Below, in pieces: positions 7,959-18,917 of a DNA stretch of 64,000 bases; position 1 is the stretch's first letter, and every line of letters starts with the position of its first letter. The notes below the pieces were generated by a model. The model did not search any database, had not been told where the DNA came from, and worked only from the letters and a program-made list of their open reading frames with translations. Position numbers and translations under genes: made by a program. This DNA comes from Candidatus Bathyarchaeia archaeon (GTDB taxonomy: Archaea; Thermoproteota; Bathyarchaeia; Bathyarchaeales; Bathycorpusculaceae), in contig JBEKBM010000003.1 in assembly GCA_050015395.1 (NCBI GenBank), positions 32,001-96,000 on the forward strand. The letters run 5' to 3'.

Positions 7959-9884
7959 ATGAAAAAGACCATTGCGGAAAAAGTTATCGCTCAACACTTA
8001 GCTGCAGGAAAAATGGAGCTGGGGGAAGAAATTGCCTTAAAAATAGACCATACCTTAACTCAGGATTCTACGGGCACCTTAGCTTATCTTGAGTTTGAAG
8101 CCATGGGAGTTTCAAAGGTCAAAACTCAGCTAAGCCTAAGCTTTGTTGACCACAACATGCTTCAGAATGACTTCAGAAATGCAGATGATCACCGCTACTT
8201 GCAAGGAGTTGCAGCTAAATACGGTATTGTTTTCTCGCGTCCAGGCAACGGCATCTGCCATCAACTCTATCTTGAACGTTTTGCCCAACCATCCCTGACG
8301 CTTTTGGGAAGCGATAGCCATACTCCGACTGCTGGTGGCATGGGCATGATTGCTATTGGCGCGGGAGGACTCGGTGTTGCCGCAGCCATGGCGGGAGAAC
8401 CCTTCTATCTTGAAATGCCAAGTATCTTCGGGGTAAAGTTAACTGGGAAGCTGTCGCCTTTTGTTTCAGCCAAAGACGTTATTCTCCAAGTACTCAAAGA
8501 ATTGACCGTGAAGGGCGGAGTAAACAAGATTCTGGAATACTTTGGCTCAGGAGTTAAACCCTTAAGCGTTCCTGAACGAGGAACCATAGCGAATATGGGC
8601 ACGGAAACAGGAGCAACAACATCAATTTTTCCATCTGACGAAACAACAAGGCTTTTCCTGTGTGGGCAAGGAAGAGAAAACCAATGGAAAGAGCTCAAAG
8701 CGGATGACGACGCAAAATACAGTGAAATTCTTGATGTAGAACTTGGGGCAGTTGAACCGTTAATAGCGTTACCCCATAGCCCAGACAACGTTAAACCAGT
8801 AAGTGAAGTTGAAGGAACAATAGTAGACCAAGTGTGCATTGGCAGCTGCACCAACTCGTCACTTAGAGACTTAAAAATTGTCTCTGCTCTGCTGAAGGGC
8901 AAAAAAATCAGCGACAACGTCAGCCTTACTGTTTCGCCGGGTTCAAGGCAAGCCTTACAGAACCTAGCAGCTACTGGTGAACTTGAGCCCTTAATTCAGT
9001 CAGGCGCCAGAATACTTGAAAACGCTTGCGGTCCATGCATTGGAATTGGGCAAGCTCCGACAACCGAGGGCGTGTCGCTTAGAACGTTTAACCGCAACTT
9101 TAAAGGCCGATCTGGAACGCAGGATGCGAAGGTTTACTTGGTTAGTCCAGAAACAGCAGTTGCATCAGCTATTACTGGTAAAATTACGGATCCACGAAAA
9201 CTCGGCATGTACCCAGAGATTAGCTTACCGGAAAGGTGTGTTTTCAGCGATAACATGTTCATTTACCCCTCAGTGAAGGCAAAAACCCCCGTCGTTATGG
9301 GTCCCAACATTAAACCTCTATCATCATTCAAGCCGATGCCCGACCGATTAACAGGTGAAGTGTTGCTAAAGCTTGGCGATAACGTTTCAACCGATGACAT
9401 TTTGCCAGGAGGTACGGAAATCATGTCTTTGAGAAGCAACATTCCCGAAATAAGCAAATACACTTTCTGCCGTCTTGACAAAACTTTTGCGTCCCGAGCC
9501 ATCGAGAAAAACGGCGGGTTCATTGTCGGCGGCGAAAATTACGGTCAAGGCTCCTCGCGGGAACACGCTGCGTTGGCGCCTAAATATCTTGGCGTAAAAG
9601 CGGTTATAGCCAAATCTTTCGCTAGGATACATATGGCTAACTTGGTTAATTTCGGAATTCTACCCTTAATGTTTACAGATAAAAAGGATTATTCAGGAAT
9701 CGAGCAAGGTGACGCGTTGGATTTGGATGTTAAAGACTTAAATGAGCGCCTGCTTGTGAAGAATCTGGGTAAGGGCACAAAAATAGATGTTACCTTAAGC
9801 CTCAGCGAGTTAGATAAGGGCATTGTTAAAGCAGGCGGAAAACTAGCCTCTATAAAGGCAAAACAGAACACAAAAAACCTTTAA
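7959..9884 (+). CDS. Aconitate hydratase (single-chain aconitase family)
   Basis: GNGICHQ, GSDSHT, IGSCTNSS, ACGPCIG, RTFNRNF, NYGQGSSREHA motifs. Confidence 0.9.
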   Translation: MKKTIAEKVIAQHLAAGKMELGEEIALKIDHTLTQDSTGTLAYLEFEAMGVSKVKTQLSLSFVDHNMLQNDFRNADDHRYLQGVAAKYGIVFSRPGNGICHQLYLERFAQPSLTLLGSDSHTPTAGGMGMIAIGAGGLGVAAAMAGEPFYLEMPSIFGVKLTGKLSPFVSAKDVILQVLKELTVKGGVNKILEYFGSGVKPLSVPERGTIANMGTETGATTSIFPSDETTRLFLCGQGRENQWKELKADDDAKYSEILDVELGAVEPLIALPHSPDNVKPVSEVEGTIVDQVCIGSCTNSSLRDLKIVSALLKGKKISDNVSLTVSPGSRQALQNLAATGELEPLIQSGARILENACGPCIGIGQAPTTEGVSLRTFNRNFKGRSGTQDAKVYLVSPETAVASAITGKITDPRKLGMYPEISLPERCVFSDNMFIYPSVKAKTPVVMGPNIKPLSSFKPMPDRLTGEVLLKLGDNVSTDDILPGGTEIMSLRSNIPEISKYTFCRLDKTFASRAIEKNGGFIVGGENYGQGSSREHAALAPKYLGVKAVIAKSFARIHMANLVNFGILPLMFTDKKDYSGIEQGDALDLDVKDLNERLLVKNLGKGTKIDVTLSLSELDKGIVKAGGKLASIKAKQNTKNL

Positions 9885-9959
9885 TCAATAGTGTGCGCCG
9901 CGGCAAATGATAAACTTCGGAAGCCCTTTTTCATGTTATGTTATTAAAAAAGTAGAAGG

Positions 9960-10676
9960 TTAAACAGCCCACACCGATGAATTAGTAAGTTGCCAAGTGA
10001 TAATTAAGTTCATTTGTGGGTTGTTGTATTCTTGAACATTAGTCATGATAGTAAGCATTCCTGTTTGCTTATCGAAATAGACACCTATGAAATTATCTTG
10101 GTCTGTACTGCCTGTTGGATCATTCATATTGGTAAATACATTTTCTATTGACCAGTAGTTTCTTTGCCTAGTGCTGTTAGCATATGTTTGAGTGTCTGTG
10201 CTGTTAACAATAAGATTCTCATCTCCTCCCTTAGGGCAAAGCAGGTTATTTACGTTGAGGTTGGGAGCGTAAATACCCCAAAATCCGTTTTGATCTCCTA
10301 GGTTTCCATTAGATATATCAATCGTTTGTGACTGCTGGATGTCTGTTCCATTTTTGAATACCCAATCAGTACTAAACGAGACAATAGAGCCATTGATTCC
10401 TGTTATGGCAACTTCATAGTACTTTGTATCGTTTAAGTCCGAGAAACCAGGATATTCTGAGTCTGGATTTGCACCTGAAGTAAACAACACCGACTCGCCA
10501 GTTATGTTGTAAAAGAAGGTGTCGCCAACATGGACGCCTGGCACTATCAGCTTAGAACTTTTAGTTGAAGAAGTTTCAGTTGTATAGACTATTGCAGCAG
10601 TAGCAATGCATAATACAGCCAAGAGAATGATGGCAGCAATCAATTTGGTACTCATAACTTTCTCTTTCTTGGGCAT
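9960..10676 (-). CDS. Membrane-anchored or secreted hypothetical protein
   Basis: N-terminal hydrophobic segment; Asn/Thr-rich with many NxS/T sequons. Confidence 0.7.
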   Translation of the reverse strand: MPKKEKVMSTKLIAAIILLAVLCIATAAIVYTTETSSTKSSKLIVPGVHVGDTFFYNITGESVLFTSGANPDSEYPGFSDLNDTKYYEVAITGINGSIVSFSTDWVFKNGTDIQQSQTIDISNGNLGDQNGFWGIYAPNLNVNNLLCPKGGDENLIVNSTDTQTYANSTRQRNYWSIENVFTNMNDPTGSTDQDNFIGVYFDKQTGMLTIMTNVQEYNNPQMNLIITWQLTNSSVWAV

Positions 10677-10829
10677 AAATTATGATTGCAGTATTCGGGT
10701 ATTTAGTTGTTTTCCCAAAAGCCGTCATAAAACAGGCGCTGGCTAAATTGCAGAAAAATTAAATTATTCATTTCTAATAGGGAAGTCTTTGCGGTAAATT
10801 TAAGAGAAAGGACTTTTAATAAGAATTCG

Positions 10830-11903
10830 GTGGAAAATTTGATTTGTCACAATTGTGGTGCTCAGATTCCAGATGATGCAGCGTTCTGTGAAAAATGTGG
10901 AACAAGCACAACATTAACTACGCCTAAAGCAGCTGTAGCTTCGGCTTCGCCTGTTGTTGCGCCTTCTGGAGTAGCATCGTTGAAATGCCCGAGTTGCGGT
11001 GCGCCTATCGCGCCCAAGTTTGGAGAGATGGTTATAACCTGCGAGTATTGTGGCAGCGCAGTTACTCTGGGAACCCAAGGCTGGACTAACATACAGAAGC
11101 AGACAATGCTTCTTTTGAAGGTCGCCACCGTTGACGAAGTGAATTCAATAATCACGCCGATGATGGACAAGGGTCTTCTGCATAGACATCTTCACGAAGA
11201 CTCCAAGCAGGAGGAAATGAGCCTCACGTACGTTCCTTACTGGATTGTGAGCGTCTCTGCCCGTACGAGCATCACCGCTACTGATGAAACCGCACAAATT
11301 GCCCAGACTGCTACAACCGCCGCGTTGATGGGCGTAATATTCGGCGGGATGGGTGGTGGTTTCGGCGGAGGAGGGCGGGGTGGTTTCGGAGGAGGCAGGC
11401 GCGCTTTTGAGGGTGGATTTGGAACAGGCGGCCTGTTGACTGGTGTTCTTGGGTTGAAGCGGATACGGATAATGGCTTTCGGAATGGGGATGGGATATGG
11501 CGGCGGAATGAGAAAGTCTGAGCAAATGGACGCGAACTACAATTTTCCCGTAATTGCGCTAAAGGCTCTTACGGACTATCAGCCGCGGGACTATCAATTC
11601 AATCTCGAGGGCAGAGCGCTGTTTGACATTTCCAAGTTGCCCAAGGGCGTTACGATCCTCAACGGGGACATCGGCGAAGATGTTGCCAAATCCCAGGCAA
11701 AGACCCTGGTCGATCAGCTTCAATCACAAAAGGCGCACGCGAAATATCACATGATCCAGTCGATAAACACCGAGTCGGACGTTGGGGACGTGGAGCTGCT
11801 CCACGCTCCGGTATGGTTCGCAAAGTACGACCACAAGGGGAACAAAATCGTGTTGGTCATTGACGCCAACTCTGGCAGAGTGATCAACAGCTTCGGCCTC
11901 TAA
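10830..11903 (+). CDS. Multi zinc-ribbon protein with Gly-rich segment
   Basis: Four CxxC pairs (CHNCG, CEKCG, CPSCG, CEYCG), GGF/GGR tract, C-terminal YVPYW...APVW domain. Confidence 0.75.
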   Translation: MENLICHNCGAQIPDDAAFCEKCGTSTTLTTPKAAVASASPVVAPSGVASLKCPSCGAPIAPKFGEMVITCEYCGSAVTLGTQGWTNIQKQTMLLLKVATVDEVNSIITPMMDKGLLHRHLHEDSKQEEMSLTYVPYWIVSVSARTSITATDETAQIAQTATTAALMGVIFGGMGGGFGGGGRGGFGGGRRAFEGGFGTGGLLTGVLGLKRIRIMAFGMGMGYGGGMRKSEQMDANYNFPVIALKALTDYQPRDYQFNLEGRALFDISKLPKGVTILNGDIGEDVAKSQAKTLVDQLQSQKAHAKYHMIQSINTESDVGDVELLHAPVWFAKYDHKGNKIVLVIDANSGRVINSFGL

Positions 11904-12238
11904 GAGCGGCAGCGCGCTTCTATGCCTTTGCGCTCGTCTCTTTTTTTCCTTTGAATACACACGTGGTACCCAAAATACTAAAAAGCAATAAGGATTCCTG
12001 ACGTTGTGGTTAACCCTGTGACTGCATTTGGAACATAAGCGGCTTCTGGAAGGATTGGCGATTATGCCTAAACCAAAAGCAGTAACGATTACAGTTATTA
12101 GTATATCCAGAGCCTTCAGCCATTCAAACCGTATTTCAACCATGTGTTTGAGGCTGCCTTGGTGGAGTTACAGGCGGTGAAGCGCTAAGGTTTGCCAACC
12201 AAACCATAAACAAAGAAGAAAGAGCAGCCAGAGCCTAA

Positions 12239-12805
12239 TCAAGCTTTTTTGGTGAAGAAGAAAACGCCGTAACTCTTGTATGGCTGCATCTGCTTAAGTT
12301 TGAAAATGCCTGCTTCAATTTCTGCTTTTAACGCTTCGGGATTTTGAACTGGCGCGCCAGGGAAGATGCCTTTCTTTGTGACCTCCACAATTATCAGCTT
12401 ACCTTCAGGCTTGAGAATCCTGCCGAACCCTTTTAAAACGGCTTCACTTTCACCAACCTCATGGTAAACTGTTACAAGAAGAATCATGTCAACTGAGCTG
12501 TCCTCGAGTTGAATGTTTGCGCCGTTACTTTGCAAAAACTGGATGTTCTTAACTCCTACCTTAGCGGCTTTGTTTTGGGCTTTCTTAAGCATCTCGAGTG
12601 AAAGGTCAACCGCCACCACCCTTTTGGCTTTTTTTGCAAGTTCTATGATGTAATAGCCTGGTCCACAACCGAAATCTACCACTACATCGTTTGGGTTTAT
12701 GGCAAGTTTCTCCACGAGTTCGGAAGGCGGCTGAATCAACCGTCTGAGCGGATTATCTAAAAAGAAGGCGCCTGATGCTGAATACGGGTGTCCTTTATGT
12801 GACAG
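12239..12805 (-). CDS. Class I SAM-dependent methyltransferase (probable CTG start at 12805)
   Basis: VVDFGCGPG, VAVDLS, RILKPEG motifs; frame stays open upstream of the track start (AFFLDNPLRRLIQPP) to a CTG preceded by GGAG. Confidence 0.85.
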   Translation of the reverse strand: MSHKGHPYSASGAFFLDNPLRRLIQPPSELVEKLAINPNDVVVDFGCGPGYYIIELAKKAKRVVAVDLSLEMLKKAQNKAAKVGVKNIQFLQSNGANIQLEDSSVDMILLVTVYHEVGESEAVLKGFGRILKPEGKLIIVEVTKKGIFPGAPVQNPEALKAEIEAGIFKLKQMQPYKSYGVFFFTKKA

Positions 12806-13265
12806 GTTTTCAACTCTCCGTTAAGTTGATGTTTCTGAACTACTTTTTGTTTGTTAAAGAATATATGCTTTATATTTAGAGTCAATGCGGTTTACTCAAT
12901 GTTAGTTTTTCCGTCGCTAAATTCCGCAGCTAACATGCTTTCCAGATGGTGTACCGGCATTTTACGCGTGGTTTTCATAGCTAAAATGCGTCCCTGGCTC
13001 CTACTTATAGGGGGATAAGTATGCTAACATGGTTTCATGATACAGGGTTTTTTCTAAAAATGTGAGTTCCAAGTTTGCAATTACGAGACACATACATAAA
13101 TGAGTCTACAAAAAATGTCATAGCATGAATAAGGAGAAACTAATGAATTGGATCCATTTTTCATGGCGCGTTTCGTGTATTTCTCAAGCACCTATTTGAA
13201 GGCTTCATCCAAATCTACGTTATAATAATTTGCTTGCGGGCCATCATACGATTTACTTATAATGA

Positions 13266-13290
13266 GTGCAGGGGTGGAATTTGGACTCCC
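13266..13290 (-). repeat. Degenerate copy of tRNA-Leu 3' end (possible old att site)
   Basis: gtgcaggggtggaatttggactc vs gtgcagggggtgggatttgaaccc at 34220; same orientation. Confidence 0.45.
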
Positions 13291-13608
13291 AATAGACAGG
13301 AGACCTTGCCAATCAAACGTTTTCCCCATTCTTTCCCTCTTTTTTCGTTTGCATTTTGGAAAAAAACATGGGCGCCTCTTTTTGATTTGCTTTATGGCAA
13401 GCTAGTGAGCGCTCTGCTGGCTTCTTGAAAGAGGTTTGCTTTCCAAAAAGAGAAAAAAGGTGTTGTGAAGGTTATTGGCGTCTATTTCTTGGTCTTGGCT
13501 GGTTGGTTTTTCTCTTTTGCTTTCGCTGCTGAAGCTACAATCTATGTCGTTGTTGTTCCATTGCTTGTCGGTGAAGGATCAGCGACTTTTTTCTGTTGTG
13601 TTGCGAGG

Positions 13609-14559
13609 TTACTTGGAGAGGAATCTCCAGGAGAGAACTATTCCGATTGCAGATAATATTATCGCGAATCCTGTCACAACCGCGAAGTCAAGCCATAGAC
13701 TATTCATGCCTGTCGCTCCAATCAATACCTGTCTTATTCCGTCGACTGCGTAGCTTACGGGGTTAACTCTTACGACGTCTTGAAGCCAAGCTGGCATTAT
13801 TTTTACCGGAAACAATGCGTTACTTGCGAATAGTAGTGGGAGGTTGAGTAGGTTTATGATTGCCATTTGTGTTTGCCAATCACCTGATCTTAGCGCGAGC
13901 ACCGTGAACAACGCAGATAACCCGACGGCCATAAGGAAGATGATGAGGAATGCACCAGCGATTCCTTGAGGGGTGAAATTTGCCGTATCCATCCCGAGAG
14001 CTACTGCAACCACTAGAACTATGGCTGCTTGTATCAGGGATCTACCGACACTTTGTAGGATTTTGCCCATCACAATTGATCCGCGTGCAACTGGTGTGCT
14101 CAGAGCTTTGTTTAGGAAACCGAATCTACGGTCGAAGACTACTGACATTCCGCTGAACGCGGAAGTGAAGAGGACGATGAAAGCAAGCATTCCGCATGAC
14201 AAGAATGAGAAGTAGCTTGTTGTTCCGAAAAAGTTCTTCAAAATTATGTCCTGTTGTGCTATGGTGGCTCCTGACCCGGCGATGAAGGACCCAAAGTTCA
14301 GGGCTTTGCCGAACAAGCCAAGCCAGATAATTGGTTGAATTAGTGACACAAAGAGTTGTATTGGGTTAGTGTACCACTTTCGAAGGTCTCTGTTTGTCAG
14401 CGCCCACAGGCCGTGAAAGGGACTCCTGCTGAGCTTTGGAGCTGTCCTGAACCTTTGTTCCTGCTGGGCTGAAACCTGTTCGGGCGTTTTGGTTTGGTCT
14501 TCGGGGTCTTTTGAAGCTTTGATTTTGGTGTTTATCGTGTCTTCGTCCATGATTGTCAC
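13609..14559 (-). CDS. ABC-2 type transporter permease
   Basis: Multiple TM segments, DRRFGFLNKALSTP, NPVSYAVDGIR. Confidence 0.9.
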   Translation of the reverse strand: MTIMDEDTINTKIKASKDPEDQTKTPEQVSAQQEQRFRTAPKLSRSPFHGLWALTNRDLRKWYTNPIQLFVSLIQPIIWLGLFGKALNFGSFIAGSGATIAQQDIILKNFFGTTSYFSFLSCGMLAFIVLFTSAFSGMSVVFDRRFGFLNKALSTPVARGSIVMGKILQSVGRSLIQAAIVLVVAVALGMDTANFTPQGIAGAFLIIFLMAVGLSALFTVLALRSGDWQTQMAIINLLNLPLLFASNALFPVKIMPAWLQDVVRVNPVSYAVDGIRQVLIGATGMNSLWLDFAVVTGFAIILSAIGIVLSWRFLSK

Positions 14560-14560
14560 C

Positions 14561-15586
14561 TTAGGATCTCGCTTTCCTCATAGTTCTCCGTTGACGGATC
14601 ATCTGCAGCTTGTCGACTTCTTCCTCTCTGAGGTTACGGCCTGTTAATTCGAGGTATGCCTCGTCTAAACTGGGCTTTGTCAGAGAGATTCTGGTGACGT
14701 GCAGTCCCTTGGATCGGATCAGGTCGGTTATCTGGGGAGATGCTTCTTCCCCGTCGTTCACCTTGATCCTGTAATTGCTGTCTTGCTTCTTGACTTCCTT
14801 GACGAGCTGGATCTTGGCTATGTCGGATGAGATGTCTGGCTCGTTTTCTTTTACGTCGACGACGATGACGTCTCCGCCTACGCTTTGTTTGAGTTCTTCG
14901 GGCGATCCGATCTTCACTATGTGGCCGTGATCTATTATGGCCACTCTTTCGCAAAGAGAATCAGCTTCTTCAAGGTAGTGGGTGGTGAGAAACAGTGTCA
15001 TGCGGTACTCTTCCTTCAGCGTCTTAATGTATTTCCAAACTGCAGTTCGCGTTTGAACGTCAAGACCGAGCGTGGGTTCGTCGAGGAAAAGCAGTTTCGG
15101 GTAGTTAATCAGGCCGCAAGCGAGCTCTAGGCGCCTTCGCATTCCTCCCGAGTAAGTGGAGACTTTCCTGTTCGCTGCGTCTTCAAGCTCAACAAGTTTT
15201 AGAAGTTCTTTTGCGTGAGCCTTCGAATCTTTTCTGGCCATTCCGTAAAGGTCTGCGCAGAGAATGATGTTGTTGATTCCTGTCATGTCCTCGTCCGCCG
15301 TGTATTCCTGCGGGACGACCCCGACGCTTCTTCGCACTTCGTTCGCGTCTTTGAATATGCTGAATCCGCAGACCACAGCTTTTCCCGACGTGGGCTTCAT
15401 GAGGGTCGTTAGCATGTTGATGGTGGTCGTTTTGCCGGCGCCATTTGGCCCGAGAAAACCGAAGATTTCTCCTTCTTTGATGTTGAAGCTCACGTTATCA
15501 ACTGCCTTGAGGCTTCCGAAGGTTTTTGAAAGGTTTTCCACTGTGATTATGTTAGAAGTTGGCGTTTCAATTTTGTTTGTCGACAT
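14561..15586 (-). CDS. ABC transporter ATP-binding protein (DrrA-like)
   Basis: GPNGAGKTT, YSGGM, LFLDEPT, TTHY. Confidence 0.93.
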   Translation of the reverse strand: MSTNKIETPTSNIITVENLSKTFGSLKAVDNVSFNIKEGEIFGFLGPNGAGKTTTINMLTTLMKPTSGKAVVCGFSIFKDANEVRRSVGVVPQEYTADEDMTGINNIILCADLYGMARKDSKAHAKELLKLVELEDAANRKVSTYSGGMRRRLELACGLINYPKLLFLDEPTLGLDVQTRTAVWKYIKTLKEEYRMTLFLTTHYLEEADSLCERVAIIDHGHIVKIGSPEELKQSVGGDVIVVDVKENEPDISSDIAKIQLVKEVKKQDSNYRIKVNDGEEASPQITDLIRSKGLHVTRISLTKPSLDEAYLELTGRNLREEEVDKLQMIRQRRTMRKARS

Positions 15587-15622
15587 TTTGTTTTCTCCTA
15601 ACTCTTTTTTTAAACGGGTTTG

Positions 15623-16045
15623 CTATGTGTTGGTTATTTTGGAGAGTCTTGACTGGATTTCCTTGATTTTTTCTATATGAGGAGAGAGTTTGGAAGGGTC
15701 GGATTTTGCGAGGTCTTCAAAGTATGAAACGAAGCTGTTCATTTCGTTTAGGACATCTTCTAGCGTGCGCGGGAGGTTTGACCTCATTCTGGAAGGCCAA
15801 GCCATTTCCTCTTTTCCCTGTTCGGTTAACTCGTACTTGCCGTCTTCTCTCTTTTTTATCGAACCCTCTTTGGTCATTGTGTCAAGCAGAGGATATACGG
15901 AGCCTGGCGACGGTCTCCACCAGCCTTGACTCATGTTTTCCATGGCGTCCATTATTTCGGCGCCGTTTTTCGGTGAAATTTCTAACGCATATAAAACCCA
16001 GCCGTGAAGGCCGCGGCGTTTGTGTTTCATCCAATCAAACCACAT
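15623..16045 (-). CDS. PadR family transcriptional regulator
   Basis: WRPSPGSVYPLL...YELTEQG. Confidence 0.9.
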   Translation of the reverse strand: MWFDWMKHKRRGLHGWVLYALEISPKNGAEIMDAMENMSQGWWRPSPGSVYPLLDTMTKEGSIKKREDGKYELTEQGKEEMAWPSRMRSNLPRTLEDVLNEMNSFVSYFEDLAKSDPSKLSPHIEKIKEIQSRLSKITNT

Positions 16046-16075
16046 ATCGAATTACCGATATCGAAATATCGATAT
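16044..16075. promoter_or_regulatory. Tandem palindromic operator ATATCGA-N4-TCGATAT (likely PadR autoregulation)
   Basis: Perfect copy 16058-16075; one-mismatch copy 16044-16061; between the TATA (about 16080-16087) and the padR ATG. Confidence 0.6.
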
Positions 16076-16164
16076 ATGCTTATAAATTTGCCTCTTTCAA
16101 AATGTGCGCCGCGCGAAACACTCCATCGATTTTGCTAATGGGCGCACTCTGAATTCGTCTGATA

Positions 16165-16425
16165 TTACTTGTTTTCAACTTTCGAGGTCGAATTCCAAAT
16201 CAGCTCAAAATGATTTTGAATTATACCGACGAAATAGGCATTGTCTGACCACAAATACACGGCTCTTTGAAAATCGATGGTTGTTCCAAAGAATATTTCT
16301 TTCTTGTCAATTAGAACCACCGCGGCTGGAATGGGTGACGTAGTGTAACGTATCTCAAAACACGGGTTCACAAGAAGAGTCTGAGGGATCTCCAGCCGCA
16401 ACTCTTTGTCTTTAGGGTTTTCCAT
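16165..16425 (-). pseudogene. C-terminal fragment of a TrmB-like regulator
   Basis: FEIRY...VLIDKKEIFF...LWSDN...HFELIW resembles the TrmB effector-domain end; no HTH. Confidence 0.45.
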
Positions 16426-16513
16426 AAGGAGTCGGAACTTGACTTCGTGTACAAATAGTTAAATATGGCAAATTATACTTTTCCTTTGTTGTGTTTTTTG
16501 GACAGTTTTAGAT

Positions 16514-16903
16514 ATGACAAAACCTCTCGATCTAAACAAGTCGGTTATTACGAAATCGACCGCCGAAAAGATTTTGGCAACGGTGCCATATGGTAATGTC
16601 TTCCATTTTTTCGAATCAATAGGCCAATACACGGGGGGAAACCGCTGTTAGTTGGCAGCCTTCGCCAAAGAAGCTGAAATCATACCAATTGAGTCAATTG
16701 ATTTTCATTCCAAAAGAGCTGACTTTCAAAAGTGGATAGCAGACACTATTGGAGACACTGAATTAGCAACAGCAATCGGGCACATTGAGAAAGAGCTCAC
16801 TGGGGAGCCATTGAAAAGAAGAATTCTCAAGATTATAAATGCACGGGTAAGAGAACTTGAAAGTCAAATCCAGCATGCAAGCACTCTTGGCAGCAAGAAA
16901 TAA
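16514..16903 (+). pseudogene. DUF5752-like protein interrupted by in-frame TAG (16649-16651)
   Basis: KILATVPYGNVFHFF..IGQYTG then garbled GNRC*, resuming LAAFAKE...SIDFHSKRADFQKWI; fits an extra G plus a missing T. Confidence 0.6.
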
Positions 16904-17036
16904 TCAACAGGTTGCCGATTCATCTGACAATAGCCTTCGATTTTTTAGATTCGATAGGTGGATATCTCGATCAGAGCTAGCATACAGAATTGTTCGACCC
17001 GGAAAGTGAGTGAGAAGATTTGGGAGGTGAATTGGA

Positions 17037-17462
17037 ATGGTGAGAGTGAAACAAATTATGAAGGATGAAGGCGAATTCTTAGAAGCTGCTAAGGTCAGCG
17101 ATTTAGAAAAAGGCGTTATGAGAAGCGTGGAGCTGAAAGGGATTGATATCTTAATAGCTAATGTGGATGGACGATTCTACGCTTTAGACGACAGATGCGG
17201 ACACATGAACGCTCTGCTTTCTATGGGAACCCTGAACGGGAAAATCGTAACTTGCCCGTTTCATTATGCTCAGTTTGACGTTACTACAGGACAGAAAGTA
17301 AAAGATCCCATGTCAGAAAGCTTCAAAGACATGGATAAACTTCCTGAAGAAATGCAGAAATTCTTGATCTACGCAAAAAAACTTATGGATCCCGTAAAAA
17401 CCTTCGACATGCAAACGCATGAAGTTAAAGTGGAAGGAAACAAGATTCTAGTCAGAATATGA
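17037..17462 (+). CDS. Rieske-type 2Fe-2S ferredoxin
   Basis: DRCGH...TCPFH motifs. Confidence 0.9.
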   Translation: MVRVKQIMKDEGEFLEAAKVSDLEKGVMRSVELKGIDILIANVDGRFYALDDRCGHMNALLSMGTLNGKIVTCPFHYAQFDVTTGQKVKDPMSESFKDMDKLPEEMQKFLIYAKKLMDPVKTFDMQTHEVKVEGNKILVRI

Positions 17463-17662
17463 AAGCATTTTTGAAGACTTAGACAGAAACCTTCTTTTTC
17501 TAATTTTTGAACTTTAGCAGTAGGAGAGTTGACCCATTAACGGTATACTCGTGGAAATACTGTTGCTCTTCTTAGGTTCTGTCATGTCATTTCTCTTGTT
17601 TAACCCGAAAGGTAAAGAAAAATTCTGGGAGGTCGTTAGATATTGAGCTTCAGCGTTATCCT

Positions 17663-18613
17663 TCATAACCAGCCTCTTCTTCTAAAAATTACTATGAGGG
17701 TCACCGCTACGCCAATCATTATCGCGTCCATGATATAGAAGCCTAAAGAGCTACTGCTGCCAGGTATAAAGAACCCTTTTCCGAAGTTGGTTCCGTATAT
17801 TTCAGCAATCAAGGCCAAGGGAAGAAAAATTGCGGAGATAATGGTGAGGATTCTGATGATGTTGTTTGTGGTTAACGTTTGAACATTGATCAAGATGTCG
17901 GTTATATCGCTGATTTCTTCCCGATGGTTATCCACCACTTCAATCAGCGAGATTGTCCTATCATAGAGATCCTCAAAGCGGGACATTGTAGCGCTGGAAA
18001 CTAGAGCAAACTCGCCTCGCGCTATTTTTCCTACTATTTCACGCATGGGACCTATGGACTGTCTCATGACCAACACTTGGTCCCTTGACTTAGAAATTTC
18101 TAATCCAAAGCTTGTTTCCGATCGTCTTGGCCTTTCCCTAAAGAGGGCTCCTGCTTTTTTGGTCAAATTCTGTAATCTTTCATGCACTAAATCAGAAATC
18201 AAAAAGAACTCATTCGTGATTAAATCCAAGAATATATACAAAAGAATATCTGTGGAAGGCGAAAGTGAAAGCGCGAAATAACCATGTGTGCTGATTTTTT
18301 TGTAAACGGCACATGTAATATCCGAATAACCCCTGTGAACTGTGATAATCCACCTTTTCCCCACCAGCAACGAGAGCCTTTCCATTTTTACGTCGGAAAC
18401 AAAGCCCTCCCTTTTAGGAAAATTAAGAACACAGGATATGCGGTCCTCTTGCTCCTCAATTTTTGACCGTTGTCCTTCTTCAATCAGTTCCTTCAGCCTT
18501 AGTTCATCTAACTCAAAATGCTGCACTATCGCTTTGATTTCGGCATCCGAGGGATCCTCAACATCGATCCACAACACGGAATCTTCGCTGATCTTCTCAG
18601 GGAGAGACTCCAA
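17663..18613 (-). CDS. corA: CorA family Mg2+/Co2+ transporter
   Basis: LWIDVEDP, NNIIRILTIIS..FLP..YGTNF (GMN variant), two C-terminal TM helices. Confidence 0.85.
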   Translation of the reverse strand: MESLPEKISEDSVLWIDVEDPSDAEIKAIVQHFELDELRLKELIEEGQRSKIEEQEDRISCVLNFPKREGFVSDVKMERLSLLVGKRWIITVHRGYSDITCAVYKKISTHGYFALSLSPSTDILLYIFLDLITNEFFLISDLVHERLQNLTKKAGALFRERPRRSETSFGLEISKSRDQVLVMRQSIGPMREIVGKIARGEFALVSSATMSRFEDLYDRTISLIEVVDNHREEISDITDILINVQTLTTNNIIRILTIISAIFLPLALIAEIYGTNFGKGFFIPGSSSSLGFYIMDAIMIGVAVTLIVIFRRRGWL

Positions 18614-18917
18614 CGTATCAGACTGCCATCTTCCTTCTTCATGCTTCCGAAGCTGAGTTATGGTTAACAGTTATGGTTCACCAGTTACTGTTAATGAAAA
18701 CTCTTGTCTAAACTTATATTTAGCCATACAAAAAAGCTGCATATTAAGCATGCGTTAGGCTTGAGTTCTCGGTCGGCTCTCCTCCAAAAGGGTAATGAGG
18801 ATGTATAGCGGAAAGTCTTTGACTTATGTAAATTCAAGCAAAGTGGACATGAATATCCTTTGTAAAAACCAAAAAATCTAGGAGCTGCTTCTTTTTAGGT
18901 AGTTCTTCAAGGAAGAG

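Noticed and set aside
11724-12143. 139-aa minus-strand ORF
   Set aside because: Overlaps the zinc-ribbon gene antisense and has no recognisable family; at most a gene remnant.
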